Positions 37,300 to 50,561 of a stretch of DNA of 64,000 nucleotides are shown here, piece after piece (position 1 is the first letter of the stretch; each line of letters begins with the position of its first letter). The stretch lies in the NCBI RefSeq assembly GCF_001194135.2, contig NC_068991.1, positions 36,823,737 to 36,887,736 of the forward strand, read 5' to 3'. The notes under the pieces are model-generated. The model saw only the letters and a list, made by a program, of their open reading frames with translations, searched no databases and had not been told where the DNA came from. This stretch comes from Octopus bimaculoides. Lineage: Eukaryota. Both the position numbers and the translations under genes were made by a program.

Positions 37300-37639
37300 T
37301 ACCTGAATATGTATGTATGTATGTATGTATATCTATCTATATATATATATATATATNNNNNNNNNNNNNNNNNNNNNNNNNNNNNNNNNNNNNNNNNNNN
37401 NNNNNNNNNNNNNNNNNNNNNNNNNNNNNNNNNNNNNNNNNNNNNNNNNNNNNNNNNNNNNNNNNNNNNNNNNNNNNNNNNNNNNNNNNNNNNNNNNNNN
37501 NNNNNNNNNNNNNNNNNNNNNNNNNNNNNNNNNNNNNNNNNNNNNNNNNNNNNNNNNNNNNNNNNNNNNNNNNNNNNNNNNNNNNNNNNNNNNNNNNNNN
37601 NNNNNNNNNNNNNNNNNNNNNNNNNNNNNNNNNNNNNAA

Positions 37640-37676
<37 letters not shown>

Positions 37677-38187
37677 ATTTATGTGTATGTATCCTAGTAT
37701 ACATTCACACACACACATACACTCACGCGCAGTTATCTATCAGTCACTTTTTCACTTCGACGTCATTATTATTATTAATTACCCCCTCCATAAGTACCCC
37801 CTCTCCTGCAACTTTATCTTCCTAATACCTCCACGCTTTCTTTCACATCACTCACTGCTGTCACCCTGTAAACACCACTATCGCTTATCATCTATACCAT
37901 CATCAAGACCAAGACTACCTCCACCCCTATCACCCTCACTATCATTTGTATCATGACTCTCCACCCCTCCCTCAACCCAACCTTTCTCCCCGGCATCCAT
38001 CACTATCACCGCCACTCTTTATTATGGATCCTCGGTGTGGTCATTCGCCATGCTAGATTTTGTGGTTAAATCGCAGTCAAATCTCATCCTTCAGTCTTGA
38101 CAAAGAGAAGAATACGTTATAACAGTGCTTTTCAAAACAACTATTCCCACAGCAGCCGTCATTCAAAACTATTACGGACATTTCCTC

Positions 38188-38201
38188 CTCTTCTTCTTTT
38201 T

Positions 38202-38232
<31 letters not shown>

Positions 38233-38323
38233 TTCTTCTTCTTCTTCTTCTTCTTCTTCTTCTTCTTTTTCTTTTTCTTCTTCTTTTTCTTCTTCTTCTT
38301 CTTCTTCTTCTTCTTCTTCTTCT
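38188..38323. repeat. (TTC)n tract
   Basis: Directly visible. Confidence 0.95.
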
Positions 38324-39092
38324 NNNNNNNNNNGTCTTCATTAATGTGGAGACAATGCTGCCTTTGAGTCCACTGTTCTGGGAGAGACTCTGCAAAAGCC
38401 GTCAGATTTTCACAGTAAATCCTCCATTTTAATAGCTGCAAATTGGCGGCTGTAGGGCAAAATATAGATGTAGAAGGAATTCTAGAGGATTGGTTGAAAG
38501 AATAGGTATGGGGATAGTGCTTTGTTTCAGATCGGGTTTATAGAATATGCGTAATAAAGAGATGCGTAATAAAAAAAAAAAGAGAGATGAGTGAGTCGGC
38601 ACCAGGCATCCAAAAAGGGGTCTCTGTTGTCGTGGTTCCAGATGTAGTTTGAGAAGACCCCTTAGGTTTGGGAGTATTTTGCCTGTGAGTCGGGTTGACT
38701 TTCAATGGATACCGTCTAGGATTTCTGTGTGCAGTGGCAGTAGAGTGTTCATTACGGAAATATTATTTTATCGTAGGTATCACTTGAGCCTTGAAAGTAA
38801 CAGCCCCGGGTTTTGTGAAGCTAATTCATTTTAATGTAATTTACTGTATACTTGTTATGTTGTTGTTATTACTTTCTTTAAAATTGATAGGAAATAGGAT
38901 TGCTTGATGTTCATAGCATTTCCAAAGACCATTAAGAGACCCAATACAATGAATTCAGAACGATTACGAACTGACCTCCGGAGAACCACTAGACTTCGAC
39001 TGCCTGGTGAGCTGGAGTTTACCTTCTTACTCTACCTAGGGTTAATATATTGCCATATAAGTAGTCGATTACGCTAATTTTAAGGACTACAC

Positions 39093-39169
<77 letters not shown>

Positions 39170-39175
39170 CATAAT

Positions 39176-39289
39176 GAGTGAGAGAGCAGTGCATGCCATC
39201 AAAATGACACTGAGGTAAAATATACGAAGCCAAGTATACTCATCGGGACTGCCCATCTGATAAGGGTGCACCAGGCACATGCATCACAA
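39176..39289 (-). mobile_element. element E, terminal fragment abutting (TTA)n
   Basis: Matches 39878-40010. Orientation assigned by analogy with (TAA)n-tailed elements. Confidence 0.75.
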
Positions 39290-39486
39290 TTTCATTTTCA
39301 TTGTTAATTCCAGTAGTAAAAGTACGGCCACTCTCTTTTCTTGGCAGGTAAAGTCGTTCTATATCTACCTAAGGGTTATGCATTCTATGCATTGTCAACA
39401 ATTTTCGGATTTTTCTATCAAGATTACATATTTCAGTAATTACCAGTCAATGAAATTGAAACTGTAAGTTACAACCGGTATGGCTA

Positions 39487-39665
39487 AAGTATTGATCGCT
39501 TCCTGTTTCTTGCATTCAGCTCTGTCTTGAGTATTGCCTTTACCCTGCGATGACATTCTTTTCCGAGCCGTTCCCTCATCATTGAATGTTTGATTCCATC
39601 ACCTTCAAATACCCCTAGGTATTTGTAGCTCTCCGCTGGTTCTAACTCCTTTATGACATTCTGCT
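39487..39665 (-). mobile_element. R4/Dong-clade RT fragment
   Basis: VIKELEPAESYKYLGVFEGDGIKHSMMRERLGKECHRRVKAILKTELNARN; the 5' edge abuts (AAT)n. Confidence 0.85.
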
Positions 39666-39667
39666 TG

Positions 39668-39740
<73 letters not shown>

Positions 39741-39752
39741 CGTTATTATGAA

Positions 39753-39840
39753 GGTGGCGAGCTGGCAGAATCGTTAGCACGCTAGACGAAATGCTTAGCG
39801 ATATTTCGCCCGTCGTTACATTCTGAGTTCAAATTCCGAC
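39753..39840 (+). mobile_element. SINE family A, 5' half
   Basis: Head through the B box. Confidence 0.85.
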
Positions 39841-39877
39841 GACCCCCCACCCCGAAACCATTACTATTATTATTATT

Positions 39878-40446
39878 GAGTGAGAGAGCAATTCATACAA
39901 TGAAAGTGACACTGGGGTAAAATATACGAAACACAGTATACCCGTCTGATAAAGGTATATCATGACTGCCCGGCTGATAAGGGTACACCAAGCACATGCA
40001 TCACAACCACATGTGCGCGACATGGTGATCTCATATCAAGATAAACAGCGCATGACCTTACAGGTGCGGCCCAGTAAGAATTTTCTTTAGGTCCAGTAGC
40101 CTAACCCTCTCAAAAGGTCCCTGAATAAGGGTTGTTTAAGGATGTTAAATGAAACACCCATGTTTCCAAAGATTAATTATCCAAACTCCAAAGAATTCCT
40201 CTCAACACATGGCCCTGACGCTCCCCAACTACTTCTGCTCGTGATCAGAGAAGCACATAATATCAGCCACTAAGGAACATGCTTGACTTATTAAGGTTAA
40301 GCAACTGACAAACAAATCTGTGGTATTGAGCAGAATATTTGCTGTAGCCCATCTTTCATACCAATACAAAACAATGTACATGATGACACTTCCAATCAGT
40401 TAGGATGAGAAGCCAAGAAAGCCTCTGCCTGGTACTGCATCAGGGT
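39878..40446 (-). mobile_element. element E, about 570-bp non-coding repeat bounded by (TAA)n on both sides
   Basis: No ORF homology; microsatellite flanks at 39861-39877 and 40447-40468; partial copies at 39176-39289 and 45250-45286. Confidence 0.7.
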
Positions 40447-40469
40447 ATTTATTATTATTATTATTATTA

Positions 40470-40672
40470 GGGCAGTAAGCTCGCAGAATCGTTACCACAC
40501 CGGAAAAATGCTTAGCAGCATTTCTTCTGGCTTTACATTCAGAGTTCAATTGCCGCCGAGGTTGACTTCGCCTGTCATCGTTTCGGGGTCGATAAAATGG
40601 GTACCAACTGAGCACTGGGGTCGATGTAATCGACTTTGCCCCTCCCTCGAAATTATACCAAAATTTGATGTC
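40470..40672 (+). mobile_element. SINE family A
   Basis: Full head, central domain and tail. Confidence 0.85.
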
Positions 40673-40759
40673 ATTGTTGTTGTTATAGTAGTTGTACTAT
40701 GTTGGGCACATACATACATGCACACATACATATATACATACAGGCATGAACAAACTCTC

Positions 40760-40811
<52 letters not shown>

Positions 40812-41089
40812 TCCATCTAAAACTTTCACTGAGCGTCAATCTAATATATTCACTGTGTGCGTCTAACATGTGTGTATACACCACATATATACACATTTAT
40901 ACATCAACACACACACACATGCAAACACACACACACACACATGCACACACACACACTCACATACACTCATACACAAAATGTATTTCAAGACATATTTGAT
41001 AATCTAATAAAATAACTCTAATGTAACTAAAACTGTATTTTAATAAATATTTGTAAACATCTTCTCAATAAACTTTCTTATACGTTTAC

Positions 41090-42085
41090 TCTATGAATTC
41101 GCCTTCTGCTTCGATAACTGCTTCAATACAGAACCGGAACTGTTGACTGCTTGCACAAAAAGTTCCTTATGCATTTCGGGCGTTACCAGGGCAAAGGCGG
41201 CCTTTATTTGAGTTATGGTACTGTGAAGATGCTGACTCCCTTTCAACGACGTTCCGAACGTAATAGTCCTCGGGACTTAATAACAGTGAGTTTGGAGGCC
41301 ACGATTTTGGTTTTACATGATCATAGTGATTATCCGACATCCATTCTTGAGATTACGAGAGCTTTGAGAGAAGATGTTGATTTTCGTTGAAGTACTTATG
41401 GCCTTCCACTGCATACTTCATTTATCCCAGGCTTAACAACTGTCTCCAGTATCACAGCGCATTCAGCAACATTAATTCTAAAACTTTGTGGAAACATGCG
41501 AGGTGGCATGATATAACCTTAATTACTCACCGCTCCTAAAACCACCATTGTTGTTGAAAATTTAGTGTGCATCACTCTGAAGATATCGGTAATATTTGCA
41601 CAAACCATCTGTCATTTTCCCTGTTAGAATTTTCATCGAAGTTTTTCTCATGCCATGTTCGTAAGTGTTTTTAACCTTATTAATTAACCGCTGGTACAGA
41701 TCAAACAGTTTTCCGCTGTTTTGCAAATATAAATTGGCCTTTTCACAGTACATTTGACTTTTATCGAAGCTCTTCGTGCACTACAGTTCTAATAGTCCCC
41801 TTCGATACCTGAAATTCTTTGTCGATTGCCGATATTGTTTTTCCGGGATCATCGTTGATAATATTTTGAACTCGTTAGATGAAATTCAGTGTCCTTATGA
41901 TGTCTAGAACGTCTAGAATGTTTGTTTTTGTTTTTTTTTTCTTGATTGATAAGGTTAAAACCTTTCCACCAGAGGTTTCCAGTTCTATCCGAACTTGCTC
42001 TACAAAAGATCTTTCAATATTTAGAAAGAAATTCTAAATCTCTGTGTTTCGCACATATGGCATGTCTTCATTTCATTTCTTGTGT
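41090..42085 (-). pseudogene. Tc1/mariner-superfamily transposase relic, maT/DD37D-like
   Basis: QEM..RHAI, VQNIINDDPGKTISAI..EFQVSKGTIRTVVHEEL, FDEN, VMPPRMFPQSFRIN, ILETVVKP, WPPNS...DYYVRNVVERE. Many stops and frameshifts; TIRs not found. Confidence 0.8.
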
Positions 42086-42340
42086 TAGCATTTTATCTGC
42101 CACGAACGATCTGAAAGAAATATGAAACCTTTTAATTGGTTTGAAGAGAGTAATATACTGATAATAAAGTGTCCTCAAATAATCCTTACAGCTCTGCAAG
42201 GATAATCTGGATCTTGACTGAAGAGAGAAAACTCCGAATGACCTGTCCGTGTTTTCTTTGTATCGTCTATCTGGATGTTTTGTCCCTTTCTTGTGTCACC
42301 TAACTGTCTGGATGTTTTGTGTTCTTGTCCCACTCTGTAT

Positions 42341-42393
<53 letters not shown>

Positions 42394-43924
42394 CCAGGTA
42401 ATCAGCGTCACTCAGGCTCATCACAAATTTCGCATAAGACACATGCCTGCCCAAAACTTCACATTTTTTCACAATATTTCTAGCCTCAAATTGCTTATTT
42501 TTTTATATCTAGTCCTTTTCCATTCCTAAGTTAAAGGTAAAAACAAAGCAACCCTGAAAAACACAGCTGATCTTTATACACAGACGCACAGAATAACAGC
42601 AATCAAATAAAGGCAGCGGAGTGCGCACAAGCATCAGTGATCTGACTGTCGCCTGTACTCTTGATAAGAAATACCAGTTAGTCTTTTACACCTACTAAGC
42701 TCGTTCGTATAAGCCCGAGTTGCTGGATAATTTTTCTTTCCTTTAAGAATATTGTAGAGCGAAAACTTTTCATGGATTGGAATTTAAATCCTAATCTTTA
42801 TAGCAATTTATTGTTTCACGAAAATACTGAATTTGAATTATTTCTAATTTTTACGATAATAGGTAACAACTCGAGTTGTAACATTTGAGCCCGAGTCAGG
42901 CGCGTGTGAATGATGTCACTACAAATGATATTTTTGATACAGAACTGCCAGACGTTGAACGAAAACAAATGAACTACAACCAGGCTCAATAAAAGAACAT
43001 CGAGTTATTGGCTGCAATTACATACTTGAAGTCAGTGTTGGCAGAAATTAAATCAGCTTGCATACACACATACATACATGTATATATACATATATACATG
43101 TATGTATGTATGTATGTATGTATGTATGTATGTATATATATATATATATATATATATTACATTCAAATACACACTCAGACTCACATTTACTCACACCACA
43201 TCATATTGGCAAGAAATATATTAAAAATACATTAAAATGAAAAAAGAAAAAATCCAATAATCAAAACTGAACATAATTAAATAAAACAAATAATAAAGTA
43301 TCAATTCATTTTGTAAAACGTTCTAGACGTTTCGTACGGAATATCTAATCTTTGTTGTTTTTCATCATCGGAGGACACCCCCTATCTTTAGATGATGTAT
43401 GTTGTTAATACATGTGATTCACCGGTGTAAGGTGACTTTGAGTCACTGTGGGATATAACGACTTCGTTGTGTGTCTTCCCAGTCAAAACTTTCCCACCTG
43501 ACCAATGAATCTGGTATGAGGACGAGTAGTTGTTTATAGTTATCAGCAAACAAATTATTTACTGATGTGTGCCGATGTCTGCCAAACAGATAATACTTCG
43601 TGGGGCGCAGGCAGAACAGCGAGAATACAGGCAAGCGCACGAGCGGTCCGGCGGGGTTGCTTTGATTGAGGAAACATGAGGTCTGAAACAACGCAGTATC
43701 TCAAAATACCCCAACAACGGTGAATCACGTGAGTTATGACCCCAAATAGTCTATAAGCAGATATTGTTTTCTGATGATGAAAAGCTACAGCGGTCAGGGA
43801 TTCACGTTCGAATTTCGTGTTCATTCAGAATGAATAGACATTGATTGGATTCTCGCTGCTTTGCTTGCACTTCATGAATTAATAATTTTTTTTTTTTCTT
43901 TTTTAACTAGTCAAACATAGTGGA

Positions 43925-43937
43925 AAAGAAATGGGAG

Positions 43938-43973
<36 letters not shown>

Positions 43974-43995
43974 AAAGAGAGAGAGAGAGAGGGAA

Positions 43996-44026
<31 letters not shown>

Positions 44027-44174
44027 AAGAGAGAGAGAGTGAGAGAGAGAGATAGATAGAGAGAGAGAAAGAGACAGACAGGCAAAGACAGTGAGACAGA
44101 CAGGCAGACAGACAGACAGACAGACAGACAGAGAAAAGAACGAAGAAATGAAGAAAGGAAAAAGAAAGAAATGT

Positions 44175-44206
<32 letters not shown>

Positions 44207-44270
44207 AGGAAAGAAAGAAAGAAGGAAAGAAAGAAAGAAGGAAGGAAGGAAAAAAGAAAGAAATGAAAGA
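43925..44270. repeat. about 350-bp polypurine tract: (GA)n, (GACA)n, (GAAA)n, (GAAG)n
   Basis: Directly visible. Confidence 0.9.
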
Positions 44271-44508
44271 ACGAGTGAGAGCGGCCAACATATAATTTGT
44301 CACAGCTTAGAGAAGTGTTAATTGTGTGCAGTGACCTGAAATTAACAGGAATCAGGACGTAGTAGAGATAAAGGCGGGGATGAGGCGGATGCGAAGATGG
44401 GCGGAGCTCGGTTGAGACGGGAGAAGGGGATAATTGGTTGAGCCAGGCTCTCCTTTTGTTGTTGCTTTTTTAAGTCAAGCTTCCGTAAAAAAAAAAATAT
44501 GTCATTAA

Positions 44509-44539
<31 letters not shown>

Positions 44540-46071
44540 NNNNNNNNNNNNNNNNNNNNNNNNNNNNNNNNNNNNNNNNNNNNNNNNNNNNNNNNNNNNN
44601 NNNNNNNNNNNNNNNNNNNNNNNNNNNNNNNNNNNNNNNNNNNNNNNNNNNNNNNNNNNNNNNNNNNNNNNNNNNNNNNNNNNNNNNNNNNNNNNNNNNN
44701 NNNNNNNNNNNNNNNNNNNNNNNNNNNNNNNNNNNNNNNNNNNNNNNNNNNNNNNNNNNNNNNNNNNNNNNNNNNNNNNNNNNNNNNNNNNNNNNNNNNN
44801 NNNNNNNNNNNNNNNNNNNNNNNNNNNNNNNNNNNNNNNNNNNNNNNNNNNNNNNNNNNNNNNNNNNNNNNNNNNNNNNNNNNNNNNNNNNNNNNNNNNN
44901 NNNNNNNNNNNNNNNNNNNNNNNNNNNNNNNNNNNNNNNNNNNNNNNNNNNNNNNNNNNNNNNNNNNNNNNNNNNNNNNNNNNNNNNNNNNNNNNNNNNN
45001 NNNNNNNNNNNNNNNNNNNNNNNNNNNNNNNNNNNNNNNNNNNNNNNNNNNNNNNNNNNNNNNNNNNNNNNNNNNNNNNNNNNNNNNNNNNNNNNNNNNN
45101 NNNNNNNNNNNNNNNNNNNNNNNNNNNNNNNNNNNNNNNNNNNNNNNNNNNNNNNNNNNNNNNNNNNNNNNNNNGAGGAGGAGGAGGAGGAGGATTCTTT
45201 CTCTATTTCATCAATAGAGCCCATTGTACATGCAAAGACTCGATAGAAAGTATACCCTTATCAGACGGTAGTCGTGATGGGTATACAAGTAGAATTTAAG
45301 AATGTGTAGGGGTGATGTTTTATAAAAACAAAGTAGGTAACTTATATATTAAAATAAATAATGAATAATAAACTATCTTGCTACAAAATTTTTATAATAC
45401 ATACAGGCTGAATGATCTCATCATTCATAACTATCTGTAGATCTTTTCATAAATCTTTGAGTAAGAAAGAACACTGTGCTTGTTTAGAAGGGACTTGACT
45501 GTTAGATAAGAATTTGTTCGTGATTTAGGATAATTTCTGTATGAAAGGTGATTTTTTGTAAGTAACGATTGTATAAATATAACAAATGATTTGGCTGTAG
45601 TTAATACTGTTTACTCCTGGTGCAACTGGAAACATTGTTATTACTGCAGGTCTTATATAAAAGGTAAACGAATTATTGTAGATAATCAGCTATGAAGTAA
45701 AAGTAGTGGAAATACACCATGAATAAATGATAGTTGTGAAATACAGATTTGTGCAAAAATTGTTTGAATAAATGTATTTTCATTAGTCAGATGAAATATT
45801 AAAAAATATACAGAATGGTATTAATTTATGTATTTGTGGAACGCTGTTAAAACATCCGGTTTGTGTGATTGACACTGGGCAAATTCCTGAAAATAAATTT
45901 CAAGAATTTGTCTGAAGGGTCAAACATTGAACGATGCTTACGTTCATGACTCCTCTATCGTAAACTGTACAATTGAAACATTGCGATCTACGTTATGAGT
46001 ACTGCGTGTGTATATATATATATACATATACGATTAAACAAAATATAGAGTTAAATGTAAATCTGTATACG

Positions 46072-46118
<47 letters not shown>

Positions 46119-46270
46119 ATGGTAATGATAAATGGAAATTCAGCAAACTCCAATGAGTGAGCGAACAATTAACTTTCACATAATATTTGATGTGACAGTG
46201 ATATTTGTATATACATATACAAATAAATATACATATATACATATATATACAGACGTATATGTTTGTGTTA

Positions 46271-46301
<31 letters not shown>

Positions 46302-46812
46302 TGTATGTATGTATGTGCGTGTGTATGTATGCATGTGTGTATGTATGCATGTATGCTTGTATGTATGCATGTATGCTTGTATGTATGTATGTATGTATGT
46401 ATGTATGTATGTTTTTTGTTTTTTTTTTCTTGAGACAGTTCAAGCCGGTCTCTAACAAAGCAATAAGTCATTTTGAGTTAAAAGAGTTCCCCGTGTTTGT
46501 AAATATGTGTTTGAGTTGGTGTGTTGGTTTGAACTGTCGATGCATACATAAGCATCTTAGACGGGGAATTTTTGGAATGTCTTACAAATCTTCACTGTGC
46601 CACTAACAGATTGGGTGTGGAGAATCCGAGTCAGTTTTTTTTTTTGTTCTTTCTCCGAGTATTTCTAGGTTTTTGTGCAAATTTGTTGCTACATAAGATG
46701 AAGCACCTGTGATGATAATTACACGTGAAAATTCATTGTCAAAGTACAAGAGTAGTAAGTTCCGCATTAATTCACCATAAATATTCTCTTTTCGTTAGGC
46801 TTTTGAATTTAG

Positions 46813-46885
<73 letters not shown>

Positions 46886-47621
46886 NNNNNNNNNNNNNNN
46901 NNNNNNNNNNNNNNNNNNNNNNNNNNNNNNNNNNNNNNNNNNNNNNNNNNNNNNNNNNNNNNNNNNNNNNNNNNNNNNNNNNNNNNNNNNNNNNNNNNNN
47001 NNNNNNNNNNNNNNNNNNNNNNNNNNNNNNNNNNNNNNNNNNNNNNNNNNNNNNNNNNNNNNNNNNNNNNNNNNNNNNNNNNNNNNNNNNNNNNNNNNNN
47101 NNNNNNNNNNNNNNNNNNNNNNNNNNNNNNNNNNNNNNNNNNNNNNNNNNNNNNNNNNNNNNNNNNNNNNNNNNNNNNNNNNNNNNNNNNNNNNNNNNNN
47201 NNNNNNNNNNNNNNNNNNNNNNNNNNNNNNNNNNNNNNNNNNNNNNNNNNNNNNNNNNNNNNNNNNNNNNNNNNNNNNNNNNNNNNNNNNNNNNNNNNNN
47301 NNNNNNNNNNNNNNNNNNNNNNNNNNNNNNNNNNNNNNNNNNNNNNNNNNNNNNNNNNNNNNNNNNNNNNNNNNNNNNNNNNNNNNNNNNNNNNNNNNNN
47401 NNNNNNNNNNNNNNNNNNNNNNNNNNNNNNNNNNNNNNNNNNNNNNNNNNNNNNNNNNNNNNNNNNNNNNNNNNNNNNNNNNNNNNNNNNNNNNNNNNNN
47501 NNNNNNNNNNNNNNNNNNNNNNNNNNNNAGTCATTGTTATGATCGGCCATTATTATGATTGACCGTTGACTGAACACTATTCAATTTTTTTTTCTCCGTG
47601 TTTTTCTCCTTGTCTCCGTAT

Positions 47622-47658
47622 TCTTTCTGTTGAAGAGCGTAGCTCGAAACGTCAAAGA
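47622..47658 (+). ncRNA. minimal type-I hammerhead-like motif (dimer-type stem III), core variant
   Basis: UCUUU-CUGUUGA-A-GAGC(GUA)GCUC-GAAA-C-GUC-AAAGA: 5-bp stem I, 4-bp stem II, palindromic ACGU stem III. A6 is replaced by U. Confidence 0.5.
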
Positions 47659-47746
47659 CTTTCCGTATTCCCGAGCGTCATACTAATATATACTTTTGTT
47701 ATTTACACCACCTGTCCTCGTCTGTTGTTATTATTTGTATATTCTC

Positions 47747-47800
<54 letters not shown>

Positions 47801-48249
47801 GCACACACACACACACACATATATATATATAAATATACACACACATACACATATGTATTCTTATTGAATAGATTAACACACGAACAGACACACATCATGT
47901 ATATGTATGCCAGTGTGTATGCGTATGCAAATGTGTGCAATAAAAAAATCTAAGAAAATATAGGTACTTCGATACACATTTAAATATTGTACCAATCCCT
48001 TTTCCTCTATATGTATGTGTGTGCATGTATGTATGTATGTGTGTATGTATGTCTGTGTACACATGTATGTATGTATGTGTTTATGTATGTATGTGTGTAT
48101 GTATGTATGTGTGTATGTATGTATGCGTACATGTATGTATGCGTATATGTATGTACGTATGTCTCTGTATTTACGTATGTGTGTATGTATGTGGGTGTGT
48201 ATGTATGTGTGTGTGTACGTACGTAAGTATGTATGCGTTTGTGTGTGTT

Positions 48250-48480
48250 ATTTCTTTACTACCCACAAGGGGCTACACACAGAGGGGACAAACAAAGACA
48301 GACAAACGGATTAAGTCGATTATATCGACCCCAGTACGTAACTGGTATTTATTTAATCGACCCCGAAAGGATGAAAGGCAAAGTCGACCTCGGCGGAATT
48401 TGAACTCAGAACGTAGCGGCAGACGAAATACCGCTAAGCATTTCGCCCGGCGTGCTAACGTTTCTGCCAGCTCGCCGCCT
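48250..48480 (-). mobile_element. SINE family A, alternative-tail subfamily, well preserved
   Basis: Complete head, central domain and tail. Confidence 0.93.
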
Positions 48481-50561
48481 GCGTGTATATATGTATGTAT
48501 GCGGGCGTATGTGCGCGTGCTTCTCTCTTGAGCACGAGCTGTGTTCATCGTAGGTAAAGCGGTGGCGATGGTGGTGGCTGTGGAACAAGAGGGAAGGCGG
48601 TGTCGCTTTGGCGGTATGGATGTGCAAGGAAAAGTAATAGGACTCTTAAAAGTTAAAATTGGACAATGATCCCAAAGAAAAGTAGTATTCGACGAATAAA
48701 GGAGAGGGTGTTAGGAGATAAATATCGAGTTCTCTACTTAATTGTAATGCAATCGTCTTTCCCCATCCTCTCTTTCTCTCTTTCTCTCCCTCTCTCTTTC
48801 TCTCTCGCGCACACACACGTACGCACCCCCACATACATACACACATACATTGATATATACATATCACTTTTTACTTGTGTCACTCATTGGACTGTAACCA
48901 TAATCCAATATATATATTGTTATGGTATATTCTATAAAAAAACGTAGTGGGGGTACAGTGGAGTACAAAGAAATAAAAATACCAATCCCTTTAAAACAGC
49001 AACCATTTTAACGGTACCAGAATCACCATTCCACTACATCTACGCATTCAAAGCAGTCTGCCAACGGCCCTTGATAAGCTAAGTGACTACTGCTAAATTC
49101 AGGTCACAACAGACAGACAAGATGTTCTTGAAGTCGAAGATTTTAAACTTACTGAGACAATATTTACATATCGCCTGAGGAAACACAACTAGATCTCATA
49201 ATGCAGAGAAACAGTTGCATAATCAAGTACTTGCACACCTGGAGAACTTCGTTGCGTCGAAACGATTGTAGTGATTAAAACATAAATGTCCAACCGTACT
49301 CCTTCTTGTTGACTCCAATTTCTTCAATTATATATATATAGACACGCGCGCGCGCGCGCGCACACACACACACACACACNNNNNNNNNNNNNNNNNNNNN
49401 NNNNNNNNNNNNNNNNNNNNNNNNNNNNNNNNNNNNNNNNNNNNNNNNNNNNNNNNNNNNNNNNNNNNNNNNNNNNNNNNNNNNNNNNNNNNNNNNNNNN
49501 NNNNNNNNNNNNNNNNNNNNNNNNNNNNNNNNNNNNNNNNNNNNNNNNNNNNNNNNNNNNNNNNNNNNNNNNNNNNNNNNNNNNNNNNNNNNNNNNNNNN
49601 NNNNNNNNNNNNNNNNNNNNNNNNNNNNNNNNNNNNNNNNNNNNNNNNNNNNNNNNNNNNNNNNNNNNNNNNNNNNNNNNNNNNNNNNNNNNNNNNNNNN
49701 NNNNNNNNNNNNNNNNNNNNNNNNNNNNNNNNNNNNNNNNNNNNNNNNNNNNNNNNNNNNNNNNNNNNNNNNNNNNNNNNNNNNNNNNNNNNNNNNNNNN
49801 NNNNNNNNNNNNNNNNNNNNNNNNNNNNNNNNNNNNNNNNNNNNNNNNNNNNNNNNNNNNNNNNNNNNNNNNNNNNNNNNNNNNNNNNNNNNNNNNNNNN
49901 NNNNNNNNNNNNNNNNNNNNNNNNNNNNNNNNNNNNNNNNNNNNNNNNNNNNNNNNNNNNNNNNNNNNNNNNNNNNNNNNNNNNNNNNNNNNNNNNNNNN
50001 NNNNNNNNNNNNNNNNNNNNNNNNNNNNNNNNNNNNNNNNNNNNNNNNNNNNNNNNNNNNNNNNNNNNNNNNNNNNNNNNNNNNNNNNNNNNNNNNNNNN
50101 NNNNNNNNNNNNNNNNNNNNNNNNNNNNNNNNNNNNNNNNNNNNNNNNNNNNNNTATATATATTTACTTTTATTTATATATGCATGTGTATATATAAATA
50201 TATAAATGAATTCATACATACATTCATATGTAGAGAGGGAAAAGTGCGGAGATGAAGGGTTGGAAACTGAAGAAGGTGTTTGAAAGACCAGCGAAGGAGA
50301 AGGGAGATTAAGTGAGACATATTGAAATAGAGCTGCAAATTGTTTCTTAAAGATGTCTAGAAAGTAATTTGAATGGATATCGGGAAGAAGACATTGCATG
50401 GTTTAACGGTTTAAGTCTTTGTTAAGATGATTAGCAGCTTATACAGACTAATATACTTAACAATAGAGAATTGGCCCCCAAGTCGCGAACTCGGCGTGTC
50501 AGAAGCCAAGCTTTATTTTGCAGCAATTGTCAATGTACTGTTATTAATTGTTTGCTCACAG

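Noticed and set aside
38335-38830. Possible CR1/Jockey-type RT relic on the minus strand
   Set aside because: Only vague echoes (PQNSGL, LHINE); too degenerate to call without an HMM search.
1660-39665. All five Dong relics on the minus strand
   Set aside because: Small sample and three copies are clustered, so it is not significant alone; mentioned only as context for the micro-exon.
40380-40450. HDV-like ribozyme at the presumed 5' end of element E
   Set aside because: P1, P1.1 and J4/2 could not be assembled convincingly.
43320-43380. Minus-strand gatgatgaa...cgaaacgtc
   Set aside because: Neither stem I nor stem II pairs.
43440-43830. GC-richer stretch with short ORFs
   Set aside because: No identifiable protein motif; possibly a LINE relic.
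49343-49379. (CG)n(CA)n Z-DNA-prone run
   Set aside because: Similar runs are common throughout the window; there is no specific functional cue.
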